Assembly (NCBI GenBank): GCA_964625765.1 | Contig: CAZVCS010000002.1 | Coordinates: 1 to 45,548, forward strand | Length of the DNA: 45,548 nucleotides | Source of the DNA: an uncultured Dehalococcoidales bacterium | Lineage (GTDB): Bacteria; Chloroflexota; Dehalococcoidia; GIF9; AB-539-J10 | Reading direction: 5' to 3' | Translations under genes and position numbers: made by a program | The notes under the pieces: model-generated | Told to the model about the DNA's origin: nothing | Seen by the model: only the letters and a program-made list of their open reading frames with translations | Databases searched by the model: none | Part shown: positions 1-8,781 of the stretch, piece after piece | Position numbering within the stretch: the first letter of the stretch is position 1 | Layout of the letters: every line of letters begins with the position of its first letter

Positions 1-191
1 ACCTCGGTGTCCTCAATCTCCGCCTGGATGGAGAAAAGCAGCCGGCTCTGCTGCTCAGCCATGTTCGCCTCGTATGCGGCGAGGTCATCGTATCCCGCCT
101 CGCCAAGCATCTCGCTGAGAAGCCTGCTCTCGCGCCGCTTCTGGTCGCTGGCGATGCGATCGACAGATTCGATGTACTTCTTGCTGTCCAT
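1..191 (-). CDS. hypothetical protein, N-terminal part only (ORF runs off the left edge of the window)
   Basis: A reverse-strand ATG at 189-191 opens a frame that stays open to position 1: MDSKKYIESVDRIASDQKRRESRLLSEMLGEAGYDDLAAYEANMAEQQSRLLFSIQAEIEDTE. This frame has strong G/C third-position bias. It lies 17 nt downstream of the rluD stop codon in the same orientation. It is absent from the ORF track because it is open-ended. No family recognised. Confidence 0.45.
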   Translation of the reverse strand, partial: MDSKKYIESVDRIASDQKRRESRLLSEMLGEAGYDDLAAYEANMAEQQSRLLFSIQAEIEDTE

Positions 192-208
192 GTGAATGGT
201 TCCGCGCA

Positions 209-1189
209 CTATACCATGTCGGTCCGGGAGGGGCAAGGCTGTCCCTCCGACTGCCTGCGTGCTGCAACCAGTGCTCCCTGGAGGTCGGGTGGAAGCGGGG
301 AGACAAACGTCTGCGGTGCGTGGATTTCCGACGCCCTGAACGTCAGCTTCTCCGCATGCAGGAAATGCCGGCTCAGCCAGGGCTGCAGTTGGCGTGCTGC
401 GCCGCGGCCCCCGTAGGTCCGGTCCCCTGCAATGGGGTGCCCGATGAAGGCGAAATGGACACGTATCTGGTGCGTGCGGCCGGTCCGTGGCATGGCTGTC
501 AGGTAGGTGTAACCTGAGAGTATCTCCCTGATGCGGTAGTCGGTCAGGGCAGACCTGCCTCCGGGGATGACGGCCATCCGCTTTCGGTGTGAGGGATGCC
601 GGCCGATTGCGGCGGAGATGCTCCCATCCGCGTCGAGGCGGCCTGTTACCAGGGCAGCGTACTCCTTGCGCACCAGGCCCTGCTTGAATTGCGACACGAG
701 CCAGAGGCGGGAGCGTTCGTTTCTGGCCACAACCAGGAGACCTGACGTGTCCTTGTCCAGCCGGTGAACAATGCCGGGACGGAAGGAGTCTCCACAGGCG
801 AGGTCAGGGTATCGGTGCAGCAGTGCATTGACGAGGGTGTGCGACGCGTGGCCGGGTGCAGGGTGCACGACGAGTCCCGCCGGCTTGTCGATGACCAGTA
901 CGTCTGTGTCTTCGTAGACGACGTCGATATCGATGCGTTCGGCTTCCGGCTCCCCGGCTTGGCGAGGCAGAGCTACGGCCACCACATCACCTGCCCGGAC
1001 AGGGTGCGCAGCCTTGCACGGAGCCGCGTTGAGCGTGATTGCGCCCTCGCGCACCAGTCTCGTCGCCTGAGAGCGCGTCACGTCAGGAAGTCGCAGGTGG
1101 ACGAAGGTGTCGACTCGTGGCCAAGGCGCGTCGGCAACGAGCACGACGGGCTGTGGCGCTCTGTCAGCGTGCGGCGTTGACGCTGCCAT
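209..1189 (-). CDS. rluD: RluA-family 23S rRNA pseudouridine synthase (RluD-like, with S4 domain)
   Basis: An S4-like segment (RLPDVTRSQATRLVREGAITLN) is followed by the catalytic core HRLDKDTSGLLVVA and TGRTHQIRVH. I moved the start to the ATG at 1187-1189 (MAASTPH...). The upstream 109 codons of the 209..1516 track ORF overlap lspA and look non-protein-like. Confidence 0.85.
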   Translation of the reverse strand: MAASTPHADRAPQPVVLVADAPWPRVDTFVHLRLPDVTRSQATRLVREGAITLNAAPCKAAHPVRAGDVVAVALPRQAGEPEAERIDIDVVYEDTDVLVIDKPAGLVVHPAPGHASHTLVNALLHRYPDLACGDSFRPGIVHRLDKDTSGLLVVARNERSRLWLVSQFKQGLVRKEYAALVTGRLDADGSISAAIGRHPSHRKRMAVIPGGRSALTDYRIREILSGYTYLTAMPRTGRTHQIRVHFAFIGHPIAGDRTYGGRGAARQLQPWLSRHFLHAEKLTFRASEIHAPQTFVSPLPPDLQGALVAARRQSEGQPCPSRTDMV

Positions 1190-1670
1190 CGAATAGCCCG
1201 CGCCTGTGCAGCAAGCATAGTAGCGCCAGCGTGCCCACGACGACGCACGAGTCCGCCAGATTGAACGCAGGCCAGTGTGCGCCGAACAGAAGCTCGATAT
1301 CGATGAAGTCGGTGACGCTGCCGAGAACGAGCCGGTCGATGAGATTGCCGATGGCGCCGCCGGCGATGAGGGCCAGACAGACGGCCTCAAGTCGAGTGGG
1401 CGCGTACCCGTACCTGATGCGTGCACGTCGCAGCAGCAGCGGAAGCGCGATAAGTATGAGAATCGAGGCGACAGTTGGGACAACCACGTATCCCTGTCCA
1501 AGACCGAAGACCGCACCGCGGTTGGCCACGTGGACGAGGCTCACGGGTCCGAACAGGTGGACCGAGTCTCCAAGCTCCAGCGAGGACCTGACAAGCGCCT
1601 TGAGCGCCTGGTCGAGGACCACGATGGTGGCCAGAACGGCCACAACGAGAAGCAGCCTGCGTCTAGGCAA
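1164..1670 (-). CDS. lspA: lipoprotein signal peptidase (signal peptidase II)
   Basis: 168 aa and hydrophobic. LspA motifs NRGAVFGLGQG and FNLADS are present. Its 3' end overlaps the rluD start by 26 nt, consistent with an operon. Confidence 0.9.
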   Translation of the reverse strand: MPRRRLLLVVAVLATIVVLDQALKALVRSSLELGDSVHLFGPVSLVHVANRGAVFGLGQGYVVVPTVASILILIALPLLLRRARIRYGYAPTRLEAVCLALIAGGAIGNLIDRLVLGSVTDFIDIELLFGAHWPAFNLADSCVVVGTLALLCLLHRRGLFDGSVNAAR

Positions 1671-2028
1671 CTGAAGCGCTCTTTGGTTGTTGTCCTTTGC
1701 AGCGTATGCAGAGGCTTGCCTGCGGCCGGGCCTCGAGACGGTCGGCCTCTATCTCGTTCCCGCAAACCTCACAGCGGCCGTATGTCCCGGCCTCGAACCG
1801 TTCCAGCGCCCGACTGACCTCGGCCAGGCTCTCGCGCAGGTTGCGTTCAAGCGCAATGCGCTTCTCCAGCTCAAACGCCTCTGTCGCTTCCTCCTCGCGC
1901 TTGCCGAAAGGGCTGCCTTCGCGGGTATCGTCGGCACTCTCGGTGTCCGCTCGCAGCAGTTCGAGCCGTTCCAGGAGTTGAGCCTTATCGCGCTCAAGTC
2001 TGGCGCGAAGTTCTTCGAAGCTTGCCAT
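1663..2028 (-). CDS. DksA/TraR-family C4 zinc-finger protein
   Basis: 121 aa with a coiled-coil-like acidic N-terminus, then CEVC-x17-CIRC (CxxC-x17-CxxC). Its stop overlaps the lspA start by 8 nt. SD GAGGT precedes the ATG. Confidence 0.8.
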   Translation of the reverse strand: MASFEELRARLERDKAQLLERLELLRADTESADDTREGSPFGKREEEATEAFELEKRIALERNLRESLAEVSRALERFEAGTYGRCEVCGNEIEADRLEARPQASLCIRCKGQQPKSASVA

Positions 2029-2063
2029 GGTTCTCTAACCTCACTTCCGGGCCGCTACACACC

Positions 2064-2092
2064 ATTGTACTTGCTCGTTGCCGGTATACCAA
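2064..2092 (-). promoter_or_regulatory. sigma-70-type promoter for the dksA-like/lspA/rluD operon
   Basis: Reverse strand: TTGGTA (2087-2092), 17-nt spacer, TACAAT (2064-2069). It lies about 35 nt upstream of the ATG at 2028. Confidence 0.5.
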
Positions 2093-2100
2093 GTGTCCGT

Positions 2101-2130
2101 CCGGAGGCCCGCGCTGGGGCGGGGCTCCGG
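2101..2130 (-). terminator. GC-rich hairpin downstream of the PEPCK-like gene (possible terminator, no U-tract)
   Basis: ccggaggcccgc / gctggg / gcggggctccgg: 12-bp arms with one mismatch and a 6-nt loop, 44 nt after the stop codon at 2174. No T-run follows on the transcribed strand. Confidence 0.35.
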
Positions 2131-2173
2131 GCGGACTCCGGATTCGCTACCGGTACCACCGGCCTGCGTGGTC

Positions 2174-3808
2174 TCAGGCTCCGACGTCAAACGCTGCGCG
2201 CATGGCAGGGTCCAGGCCCGCTCCAACCTTCTCGATTGCGTCACGACGGACCCTGTTGAGAGCCGTCTGCGCCTCGGCGAACTCAGCCGCCGAGAACAGC
2301 TTCTCGGGGTGGAAGTAGATGTCGTCCACCGCCCGGACTGAGCCCGGGACGAGGAAACCGGTCGGAGACTCGACCCAGTTCTCCAGCCCGCCCCTGAGCA
2401 GAGAGTCGAGAATGGCCATGGTGTCTTCAAGCCGTATGTCGCGGAACCTGCTGTCAGCGGGCTCGTCGAGGTCGCCGCCGTTCTTCGACAGGCTGCCGAT
2501 ACCCCCGGTGTTGAGGAGGTAGTAGTTCATGTCCGGCAGGGAGTGCTGTATCTCGTAGAACCGGTTGGCATGAGCGGCGCGGTCGCCGGCTACGAACGGG
2601 TCATAGAAGAACTCGCTGCGTATCGTGCCCGCAAGCGCCGGATTGCCGGCGGAGGACTCCATCGCCTGTCCCAGCACCATGAGTGCCGCTGCCTGCTCGC
2701 GTGTGAGCTTCGATATGGCTGGAATGAGCGGTCCCCTGGTGATGAGGACGAAGTTGTCGACCCGCTCAACATCGATGTTGCTGCTCGCGTGCATGAAGTC
2801 CGCGCGACGCACGACCGCGCGCCCGTTCGACGTGCGCTGAAAGTTGTAGAAGTCGTAGTCTCCGTCTTCGGTCACGTAGACGTTCTCGCACAAGGTGGCC
2901 GGCTTCAGCAGACCGTAGAAGATTTCGGCCTGACTCCCCGGATTGACTCCCTCCGTCTTGACGAAGACGCCGCCGCCCTCGAAACCATGGAAGGAGCCGT
3001 CGGGCATCAGCGTACCGCCGTCGTCCTGAATCAGCCATGACTTCTCATTGCCTTTGCGGGCCAGTATCTTGCACGTGGTCGACGTCTTCCCGTTCGCGCT
3101 GAGCGCCACGAGCATCGTTCGAACCGTGCGGTACTCGCCGTGAGCGGACTGGAGATGGTCCTCGCGGCAGCCGGCGTGGAGGAATATGCCGCGGCCGTGT
3201 GCCTTGGCGGTCCAGTCCTCCGCGGCGAAGACGCCCTTCTTGTACTCACCTATGTAGTTGCCATTTCGGATGACCTTGACGAAGTGTCCGTTCTCCAGCA
3301 TGGCCAGACGGATGGTGATGTCCTTCTGCGCCAGCGGGAGGTCCCGGTTCCTGTCGAAGGCGTCGTCGTAGAAGAAGATGATGTGGTAGGTGGGCTTCTC
3401 CACCGGACGCTCGACGGGCAGGAAGAGATGGCCGCCGCCGTACGCTACGTGAGCAAAGCGTTCCGGGACGATGAGACGGACCGTCTTGCCGCTGTCCTCA
3501 TTGCCAACCACCCTGTCAAGTGAGATGAGGGGTTGGTGGGCTAGCATCTCCTCACACTGCGCCAGCAGCCGGCGTTCTGCATCACCGAACGAATCATCCA
3601 CGCTGTTCTTGGTGAACATGGCCGACCGCGACGTAGGTTCGCTCTCGGCAACGTAGTTCCCATACCGGGTCCTGCGGATTCCTGGCTGGCGCGCGAGGAT
3701 GGCTCGCAGCTGCCGCTCGTCCGGATTGTCGGTCAGGCGCCCCTCCGCCTTGGCCTTCTCACGGATCCTGTGGGCGGTCCTCTCAAACTCGTGCAAGTCT
3801 AGTGTCAT
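2174..3808 (-). CDS. pckA: phosphoenolpyruvate carboxykinase (ATP) family protein, divergent
   Basis: 544 aa. By-eye alignment to ATP-PEPCK: TSRS (cf. TGRS), YIGEYKKGVF (cf. YGGEMKKGMF), IFLHAGC (cf. LPMHCSAN), LSANGKTSTT (cf. GLSGTGKTTLS P-loop), LIQDDGG (cf. LIGDDEHG), FEGGGVFVKT (cf. FEGGCYAKT), TSNGRAV (cf. TENTRVS), YLLNTGGIG (cf. YLVNTGWNG). The start is 3 nt after the dnaK stop, and the SD AGAGAGG lies inside the last dnaK codons. Confidence 0.7.
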   Translation of the reverse strand: MTLDLHEFERTAHRIREKAKAEGRLTDNPDERQLRAILARQPGIRRTRYGNYVAESEPTSRSAMFTKNSVDDSFGDAERRLLAQCEEMLAHQPLISLDRVVGNEDSGKTVRLIVPERFAHVAYGGGHLFLPVERPVEKPTYHIIFFYDDAFDRNRDLPLAQKDITIRLAMLENGHFVKVIRNGNYIGEYKKGVFAAEDWTAKAHGRGIFLHAGCREDHLQSAHGEYRTVRTMLVALSANGKTSTTCKILARKGNEKSWLIQDDGGTLMPDGSFHGFEGGGVFVKTEGVNPGSQAEIFYGLLKPATLCENVYVTEDGDYDFYNFQRTSNGRAVVRRADFMHASSNIDVERVDNFVLITRGPLIPAISKLTREQAAALMVLGQAMESSAGNPALAGTIRSEFFYDPFVAGDRAAHANRFYEIQHSLPDMNYYLLNTGGIGSLSKNGGDLDEPADSRFRDIRLEDTMAILDSLLRGGLENWVESPTGFLVPGSVRAVDDIYFHPEKLFSAAEFAEAQTALNRVRRDAIEKVGAGLDPAMRAAFDVGA

Positions 3809-3811
3809 GCG

Positions 3812-5701
3812 TTATACCTCTCTGAATTCGCCTTCAACCGTGCCTTCGTCGCCCTGCTGGGCGCTCCCGGATGGCCCACCGGCCTGACCGGACTGCCCCG
3901 CCTGACCGTAGACGGCCGAACCCGCCTTCTGAACGGCATCGGACAGCGCCTGCATCGCGCTCTTCATGGCTGCCACGTCGGCGCCCTTGAGTGCCGTGCG
4001 GACTGCGGCCGTCTTGCTTTCGATGTCGGCCTTCACGTCGGCGGGAAGCTTGTCGCCGTGGTCGCGCAGGGTCTTCTCGGCCGTGTAGGCAAGACTGTCC
4101 GCCGCATTTCGCGTGTCGGCCTCATCCTTCTTCTTCGAGTCGTCTGAGGCGTGCTGCTCGGCCTCTCTCCGCATCTTCTCGACCTCGTCCTTGTTCAGGC
4201 CGCTGGAGGCGGTGATGGTGATCTTCTGTTCCTTGCCCGTGCCTTTGTCCCGTGCGCTGACGTTCAAGATACCGTTGGCATCGATCTCGAATGTGACTTC
4301 GATCTGCGGCACACCACGTGGCGCCGGAAGGATGCCGTCAAGCATGAACCGCCCAAGAGTGCGGTTGTCGCCCGCCATGGGACGCTCTCCCTGCAATACG
4401 TGTATCTCGACGCTGGGCTGACTGTCGGTTGCCGTGCTGAAGATCTGGCTCTTCTCGGTCGGTATCGTTGTGTTCCGGGGAATGAGAGGGGTGGCGACAC
4501 CTCCCAGCGTTTCGATGCCGAGCGTCAGCGGCGTGACGTCGAGCAACAGGACCTCGCCGACCTCTCCTTTGAGCACGCCCGCCTGGATGGCGGCGCCGAG
4601 ACCGACCGCCTCGTCAGGATTCACGCCCTTGACGGGTTCGCGGTTGAAGAACTGCCGGATTGCCTCCTGCACTTTGGGCATCCGCGTCTGGCCGCCCACG
4701 AGGACCACGTCGTTGACCTGGGCCGGCGTGATGCCTGCGTCCTTGAGGGCCTGGCGCACCGGTTCGAGCGTGCGGTCGATCAGGTCGCTCGTGAGTTGCT
4801 CCAGCTTCGAACGGCTGAGTCCCATGGTGAGGTGCTTCGGGCCCGTCGCATCGGCGGTGATGAAGGGCAGGTTGACCTCAGTCTGGGTGACGGTCGAGAG
4901 CTCTTTCTTCGCCTTCTCCGCGGCGTCCTTGATCCTCTGCAGCGCCATGCGGTCCTGCTTCAGGTCGATGCCGGATTCCTTGCGGAACTCATCGCAGATC
5001 CAGTCCATGATGCGCTGGTCGATATCGTCTCCGCCGAGGTGCGTGTCGCCGTTTGTCGCCTTCACCTGGAACGTGCCGTCACCGATGTCGAGGATTGAGA
5101 TATCGAAGGTGCCTCCACCGAGGTCGTACACCGCGATGGTTCTGTCCCCCGTCTTGTCCATGCCATAGGCGAGGGACGAGGCGGTAGGCTCGTTGATGAT
5201 GCGCAGCACGTTCAGCCCGGCTATCGTCCCCGCGTCCTTGGTCGCCTGCCGCTGGCTGTCGTTGAAGTACGCCGGCACCGTGATGACGGCATCGGTCACC
5301 TTCTCGCCGAGGTACGCTTCGGCGTCGCTGCGCAGCTTCTGGAGGATCATGGCCGATATCTCCTGGGGGCTGTACTCCTTGCCCGCCATGACCACGCGGC
5401 AATCACCGTTGGGAGCTTCGACTATCTTGTAGGGAAGTCGCTTGATGTCGTACTGGACCGACGGGTCCTTGAACTTGCGTCCGATGAGACGTTTGATGCT
5501 GAACACGGTGTTCTCGGGGTTCACGATGGCCTGGCGCTTGGCGATCTCGCCGACCAGTCGCTCCCCGTTCTTGCTTATAGCGACGACCGAGGGCACGAGG
5601 TTGCCGCCTTCGGCACTCGGGATGATCTTGGCTTCGCCGCCTTCCATGACTGCGACGACACTCAGCGTTGTGCCGAGGTCAATGCCGATTGCTTTCCCCA
5701 T
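3812..5701 (-). CDS. dnaK: molecular chaperone DnaK (Hsp70)
   Basis: 629 aa with canonical Hsp70 signatures: [35 protein letters not shown]. The C-terminal tail is G/Q/A-rich. Confidence 0.97.
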   Translation of the reverse strand: MGKAIGIDLGTTLSVVAVMEGGEAKIIPSAEGGNLVPSVVAISKNGERLVGEIAKRQAIVNPENTVFSIKRLIGRKFKDPSVQYDIKRLPYKIVEAPNGDCRVVMAGKEYSPQEISAMILQKLRSDAEAYLGEKVTDAVITVPAYFNDSQRQATKDAGTIAGLNVLRIINEPTASSLAYGMDKTGDRTIAVYDLGGGTFDISILDIGDGTFQVKATNGDTHLGGDDIDQRIMDWICDEFRKESGIDLKQDRMALQRIKDAAEKAKKELSTVTQTEVNLPFITADATGPKHLTMGLSRSKLEQLTSDLIDRTLEPVRQALKDAGITPAQVNDVVLVGGQTRMPKVQEAIRQFFNREPVKGVNPDEAVGLGAAIQAGVLKGEVGEVLLLDVTPLTLGIETLGGVATPLIPRNTTIPTEKSQIFSTATDSQPSVEIHVLQGERPMAGDNRTLGRFMLDGILPAPRGVPQIEVTFEIDANGILNVSARDKGTGKEQKITITASSGLNKDEVEKMRREAEQHASDDSKKKDEADTRNAADSLAYTAEKTLRDHGDKLPADVKADIESKTAAVRTALKGADVAAMKSAMQALSDAVQKAGSAVYGQAGQSGQAGGPSGSAQQGDEGTVEGEFREV

Positions 5702-5712
5702 GGGATTCCTCC

Positions 5713-6306
5713 TTACTCCTTCTCCACAGATTCGCTGGATTCAGACACGCCCACGATAACAGCGGCGGGCCTGAGCACACGACCATTAAGCGTGTATCCG
5801 TTCCGTAGCACAGCGAGAACAACTCCTTCATCGCCCGGCTGGCGCATTAGAGCATCGTGGAAGCGCGGGTCAAACGGCTGGCCGACAGCTTCGAAGACCG
5901 ATAGCCCCTCGCTCTGCAGAGCGGCTGTCAGTTTGCTCACTCCCAGGCGTACACCCTCCACCCACTCGGCGGTCCCGATCTCCTCCGGCGGCCGGCGAAA
6001 CGCCCTCTCAAGATCATCAATGGCGCTCAGCAACTTGGCCACCAGACTGCTCTGTGCCAGCTCAAGGGCATCCCTGCGTTCCTGCTGGATACGCTTACGG
6101 AAGTTGTCGAAATCCGCCTGCGTGCGTTGCCAGCCGGCGAGATTCTGACGGGCCTTCTCCTCGGCGAGCCGCAACTGCTCTGTCAAGCTGTCGACGTCGT
6201 TGACAACCTGTTCGGCTTCAGCCTCTGCCGCACCCGTGTAGTCGTGCTCGTCTTGGGGCAAATCAAGCCTCCTGCGGACGTTGTGCCTATTCGCGCAGAG
6301 AATCAC
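5713..6306 (-). CDS. grpE: nucleotide exchange factor GrpE
   Basis: Coiled-coil N-terminal part, then GrpE C-terminal core ([10 protein letters not shown] ... [14 protein letters not shown]). The track start is a GTG that overlaps the hrcA 3' end by 20 nt. The exact start is uncertain. Confidence 0.88.
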   Translation of the reverse strand: MILCANRHNVRRRLDLPQDEHDYTGAAEAEAEQVVNDVDSLTEQLRLAEEKARQNLAGWQRTQADFDNFRKRIQQERRDALELAQSSLVAKLLSAIDDLERAFRRPPEEIGTAEWVEGVRLGVSKLTAALQSEGLSVFEAVGQPFDPRFHDALMRQPGDEGVVLAVLRNGYTLNGRVLRPAAVIVGVSESSESVEKE

Positions 6307-7294
6307 TCAGGAGCGATGCTAGGTAGTTCACTGAAGAGATGGCGCGCGTGTAGTCCATGCGCTTCGGACCTACGACGCCGATGACGCCTTTGGACCGGCT
6401 GCTGGACCCGTAGTTGCCTATGACCAGGCTGAGATCCTGCAGCGCCTCTTCCCGGTTCTCATGTCCGATGATGATGCGAATCCCGGACAGGTCGAGGTCC
6501 GGTCCGAGCGCGTTCTCTATCCAGTCATCCCTCTCCAGCAACTGCAGCAGGGAGAGGGCGCGCGGACTCTTCGCAAACTCAGGCTGGCTGAGAACGAGGT
6601 GCAGACCTTCGAGATGCGCCCGCCCCAGCTCAGGTTTGTCCTCGGCGTGCATCAGCTCAAGTATCTGCGCCATCACCTCTCCGTCGGTACCGGGCTGCTC
6701 TGCCTCGACCGCCACCTCGGCCGCCGTCAGCCCCGACAACCGGGAGCTCAATCTGTTTGAAGCTGCAATGAGTTCGTCCTGCGTCGTGGGCAGCGGCAAG
6801 GATATCGACCTCTGCCGCACAACGGTCGGCTCACACAGGACGACGATGAGCAGCGCCAGCATGTCCTGGAGCGAAACCAGGTGGACGTGCTTCAGCCGTG
6901 CGCGTGCGGCCTTGGGCTGGGTCACCAGCGCCGCGTTGTGGACGAAGTGCGCCAGCAGCGTGGCAATCAGCCGCAGCCTCTTGTCCAACCCCTCTGCCGC
7001 GTCCTGACACACTTCGGCAATCAGCAACTGCTCGGCTACGGGAAGTTGGACGTCACGGCCGATAGTCTCAACGTAGAAACGATAGGCGCGGTCGGTCGGG
7101 ACCGCACCGGCGGAAGAGTGCGGCCGGCTCACATATCCGTCTTCTTCCAGCGAGGTGACGTCGTTGCGGATGGTCGCGGGACTGACGCGGATGTCGGTCT
7201 GGGCGATCGTCTTGGACGCGACCGGGGTTCCGCTCGCGATGTACTCGCGCACGATGGTCCGCAGTATGTCTTCACGCCTCTCGGTCAGGTCCAT
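6287..7294 (-). CDS. hrcA: heat-inducible transcription repressor HrcA
   Basis: N-terminal wHTH MDLTERREDILRTIVREYIASGTPVASKTI, typical of HrcA. First gene of the hrcA-grpE-dnaK operon. I prefer the ATG at 7292-7294 (two codons inside the GTG of the track ORF), which abuts the CIRCE element. Confidence 0.92.
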   Translation of the reverse strand: MDLTERREDILRTIVREYIASGTPVASKTIAQTDIRVSPATIRNDVTSLEEDGYVSRPHSSAGAVPTDRAYRFYVETIGRDVQLPVAEQLLIAEVCQDAAEGLDKRLRLIATLLAHFVHNAALVTQPKAARARLKHVHLVSLQDMLALLIVVLCEPTVVRQRSISLPLPTTQDELIAASNRLSSRLSGLTAAEVAVEAEQPGTDGEVMAQILELMHAEDKPELGRAHLEGLHLVLSQPEFAKSPRALSLLQLLERDDWIENALGPDLDLSGIRIIIGHENREEALQDLSLVIGNYGSSSRSKGVIGVVGPKRMDYTRAISSVNYLASLLSDSLRE

Positions 7295-7320
7295 TAGCAC
7301 TCTACCATCCCGGCTGCTAA
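7294..7320 (-). promoter_or_regulatory. CIRCE operator (HrcA binding site)
   Basis: TTAGCACTC (7294-7302), N9, GGCTGCTAA (7312-7320). This matches the consensus TTAGCACTC-N9-GAGTGCTAA at 16 of 18 arm positions. It lies directly between the promoter and the hrcA start codon. Confidence 0.85.
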
Positions 7321-7328
7321 TCCAGGGT

Positions 7329-7357
7329 AATCTATCACGGGGTCACCGCACTGTCAA
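7329..7357 (-). promoter_or_regulatory. sigma-70-type promoter of the hrcA operon
   Basis: Reverse strand: TTGACA (7352-7357), 17-nt spacer, TAGATT (7329-7334). The predicted transcription start falls just upstream of, or at the edge of, CIRCE. Confidence 0.65.
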
Positions 7358-7383
7358 AGCAGGCGCAGCTACGAACGGGGCTG

Positions 7384-7413
7384 TTGACCGTCGACGACAC
7401 TACATTGTATAGT
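7384..7413 (+). promoter_or_regulatory. candidate glyA promoter (divergent from hrcA)
   Basis: TTGACC (7384-7389), 18-nt spacer, TATAGT (7408-7413). The glyA ATG is only 9 nt downstream and no SD is present. Confidence 0.45.
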
Positions 7414-7422
7414 ACCGCGATT

Positions 7423-8682
7423 ATGGCCTCACATTCATCGTGCGACTCCCTTGCCTCGCTTGACCCCGAACTTGCAGCTCTGGTGCGTCGTGAACACGAG
7501 CGCCAGAGCAATACCATAGACCTCATCGCTTCTGAAAACCACGTGAGCCACGCCGTTCGCACGGCGTTGTCCACGCTGCTGACGGATAAGTATGCAGAGG
7601 GCTATCCGGGCCGACGCTACTACAGCGGGTGCGGTGTCGTCGACCAGGTTGAGACGCTGGCTATCTCGCGTGCGAGGGCTCTGTTCGGGGCTGAGCATGC
7701 GAACGTGCAGCCCCACGCTGGAAGCCAGGCCAACTTCGCCGCCTATCAGGCTCTCATCAGCCCGGGCGCGACAATCCTTGGCATGGACAGGAGTCACGGC
7801 GGCCATCTGACGCACGGCGCTGAGGTCAACTTCTCCGGCAAGCTTTTCAAGGTGGCGACGTACGGGGTCGACCGCGCGACCGAGCGCATCGACTACGACC
7901 AGTTGCGCGCAATGGCTTTGCAGCATCGGCCCGCCTTGATCGTCGCGGGCGCAAGCTCGTACCCGCGCATCATCGATTTCGCTATCTTCAGCGATGTCGC
8001 CCGTGAAGTGGGCGCAATGCTCATGGTCGATGTGGCGCACATCGCCGGTCTCATCGCCGGGGGCGCGCATCCGTCTCCGGTTCCCTATGCCGACGTGGTG
8101 ACGGGCACCACCCAGAAGACGCTTCGGGGACCGCGCGGCGGCTTCATTCTGTCCAAAGCCGCGCACGGTGCTGCAATCGATTCGGCAGTGTTCCCGGGAA
8201 GCCAGGGCGGTCCGCTGATGCACGTCATTGCGGCCAAGGCCGTCTGTTTCCACGAGGCGCAGCAGCCGGACTTTCGTGTCTACGCTGCTTCCATCGTCCG
8301 CAACGCCGCACTCATGGCCGAGGAACTCGCAGCCGAAGGATTGCGCGTCGTGAGCGGCGGTACGGACAACCATCTGGCGCTTGTCGATCTCACTCCCCTG
8401 GACATGACCGGGAAGCAGGCGCAGGATGCGCTCGAGCGAGCCGGCATCATCGCCAATCGCAACAGCATACCGTACGACACCCGCCCTCCGATGGTGGCGG
8501 GCGGACTGCGCGTGGGCACGCCGGCCATAACGACCAGGGGTTTCTCTGCTGCTGAGGTCCGGCTGGTCGCGTCCCTCATCTGCCGCGTGCTTCGGGCGCC
8601 GGCGGACGAGACGGTCCGCAGCGAGGTGCACCGCACCGTTCTGGAGCTCTGCGAGGCGCATCCTCTTCCAGGACTGGACTGA
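7423..8682 (+). CDS. glyA: serine hydroxymethyltransferase
   Basis: LDPELAALVRREHERQSNTIDLIASENH, and the PLP region VVTGTTQKTLRGPRGG (the usual HK is QK in this protein). I moved the start from the TTG at 7384 to the ATG at 7423 (MASHSS...). Confidence 0.93.
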   Translation: MASHSSCDSLASLDPELAALVRREHERQSNTIDLIASENHVSHAVRTALSTLLTDKYAEGYPGRRYYSGCGVVDQVETLAISRARALFGAEHANVQPHAGSQANFAAYQALISPGATILGMDRSHGGHLTHGAEVNFSGKLFKVATYGVDRATERIDYDQLRAMALQHRPALIVAGASSYPRIIDFAIFSDVAREVGAMLMVDVAHIAGLIAGGAHPSPVPYADVVTGTTQKTLRGPRGGFILSKAAHGAAIDSAVFPGSQGGPLMHVIAAKAVCFHEAQQPDFRVYAASIVRNAALMAEELAAEGLRVVSGGTDNHLALVDLTPLDMTGKQAQDALERAGIIANRNSIPYDTRPPMVAGGLRVGTPAITTRGFSAAEVRLVASLICRVLRAPADETVRSEVHRTVLELCEAHPLPGLD

Positions 8683-8735
8683 CCGTTGCGCCGGCGGACT
8701 GCGGTTCATCGTCCACGTTCAGTCCAACCTGCCGG

Positions 8736-8744
8736 TGGTATAAT
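8736..8744 (+). promoter_or_regulatory. extended -10 promoter element upstream of prs
   Basis: TGGTATAAT, 37 nt upstream of the prs ATG. SD GAGGAG lies between them. Confidence 0.5.
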
Positions 8745-8781
8745 GCTGACACGACCCCGTCGTGCCTGAGGAGCAAAGCGC

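Noticed and set aside
209-1516. The full 435-aa version of the pseudouridine synthase ORF.
   Set aside because: The first 109 codons overlap lspA on the same strand and are Ser/Cys/Arg-rich nonsense. Homology starts after the internal ATG at 1189.
4151-5168. Forward ORFs of 315 aa and 244 aa inside dnaK.
   Set aside because: They are antisense shadows of dnaK.
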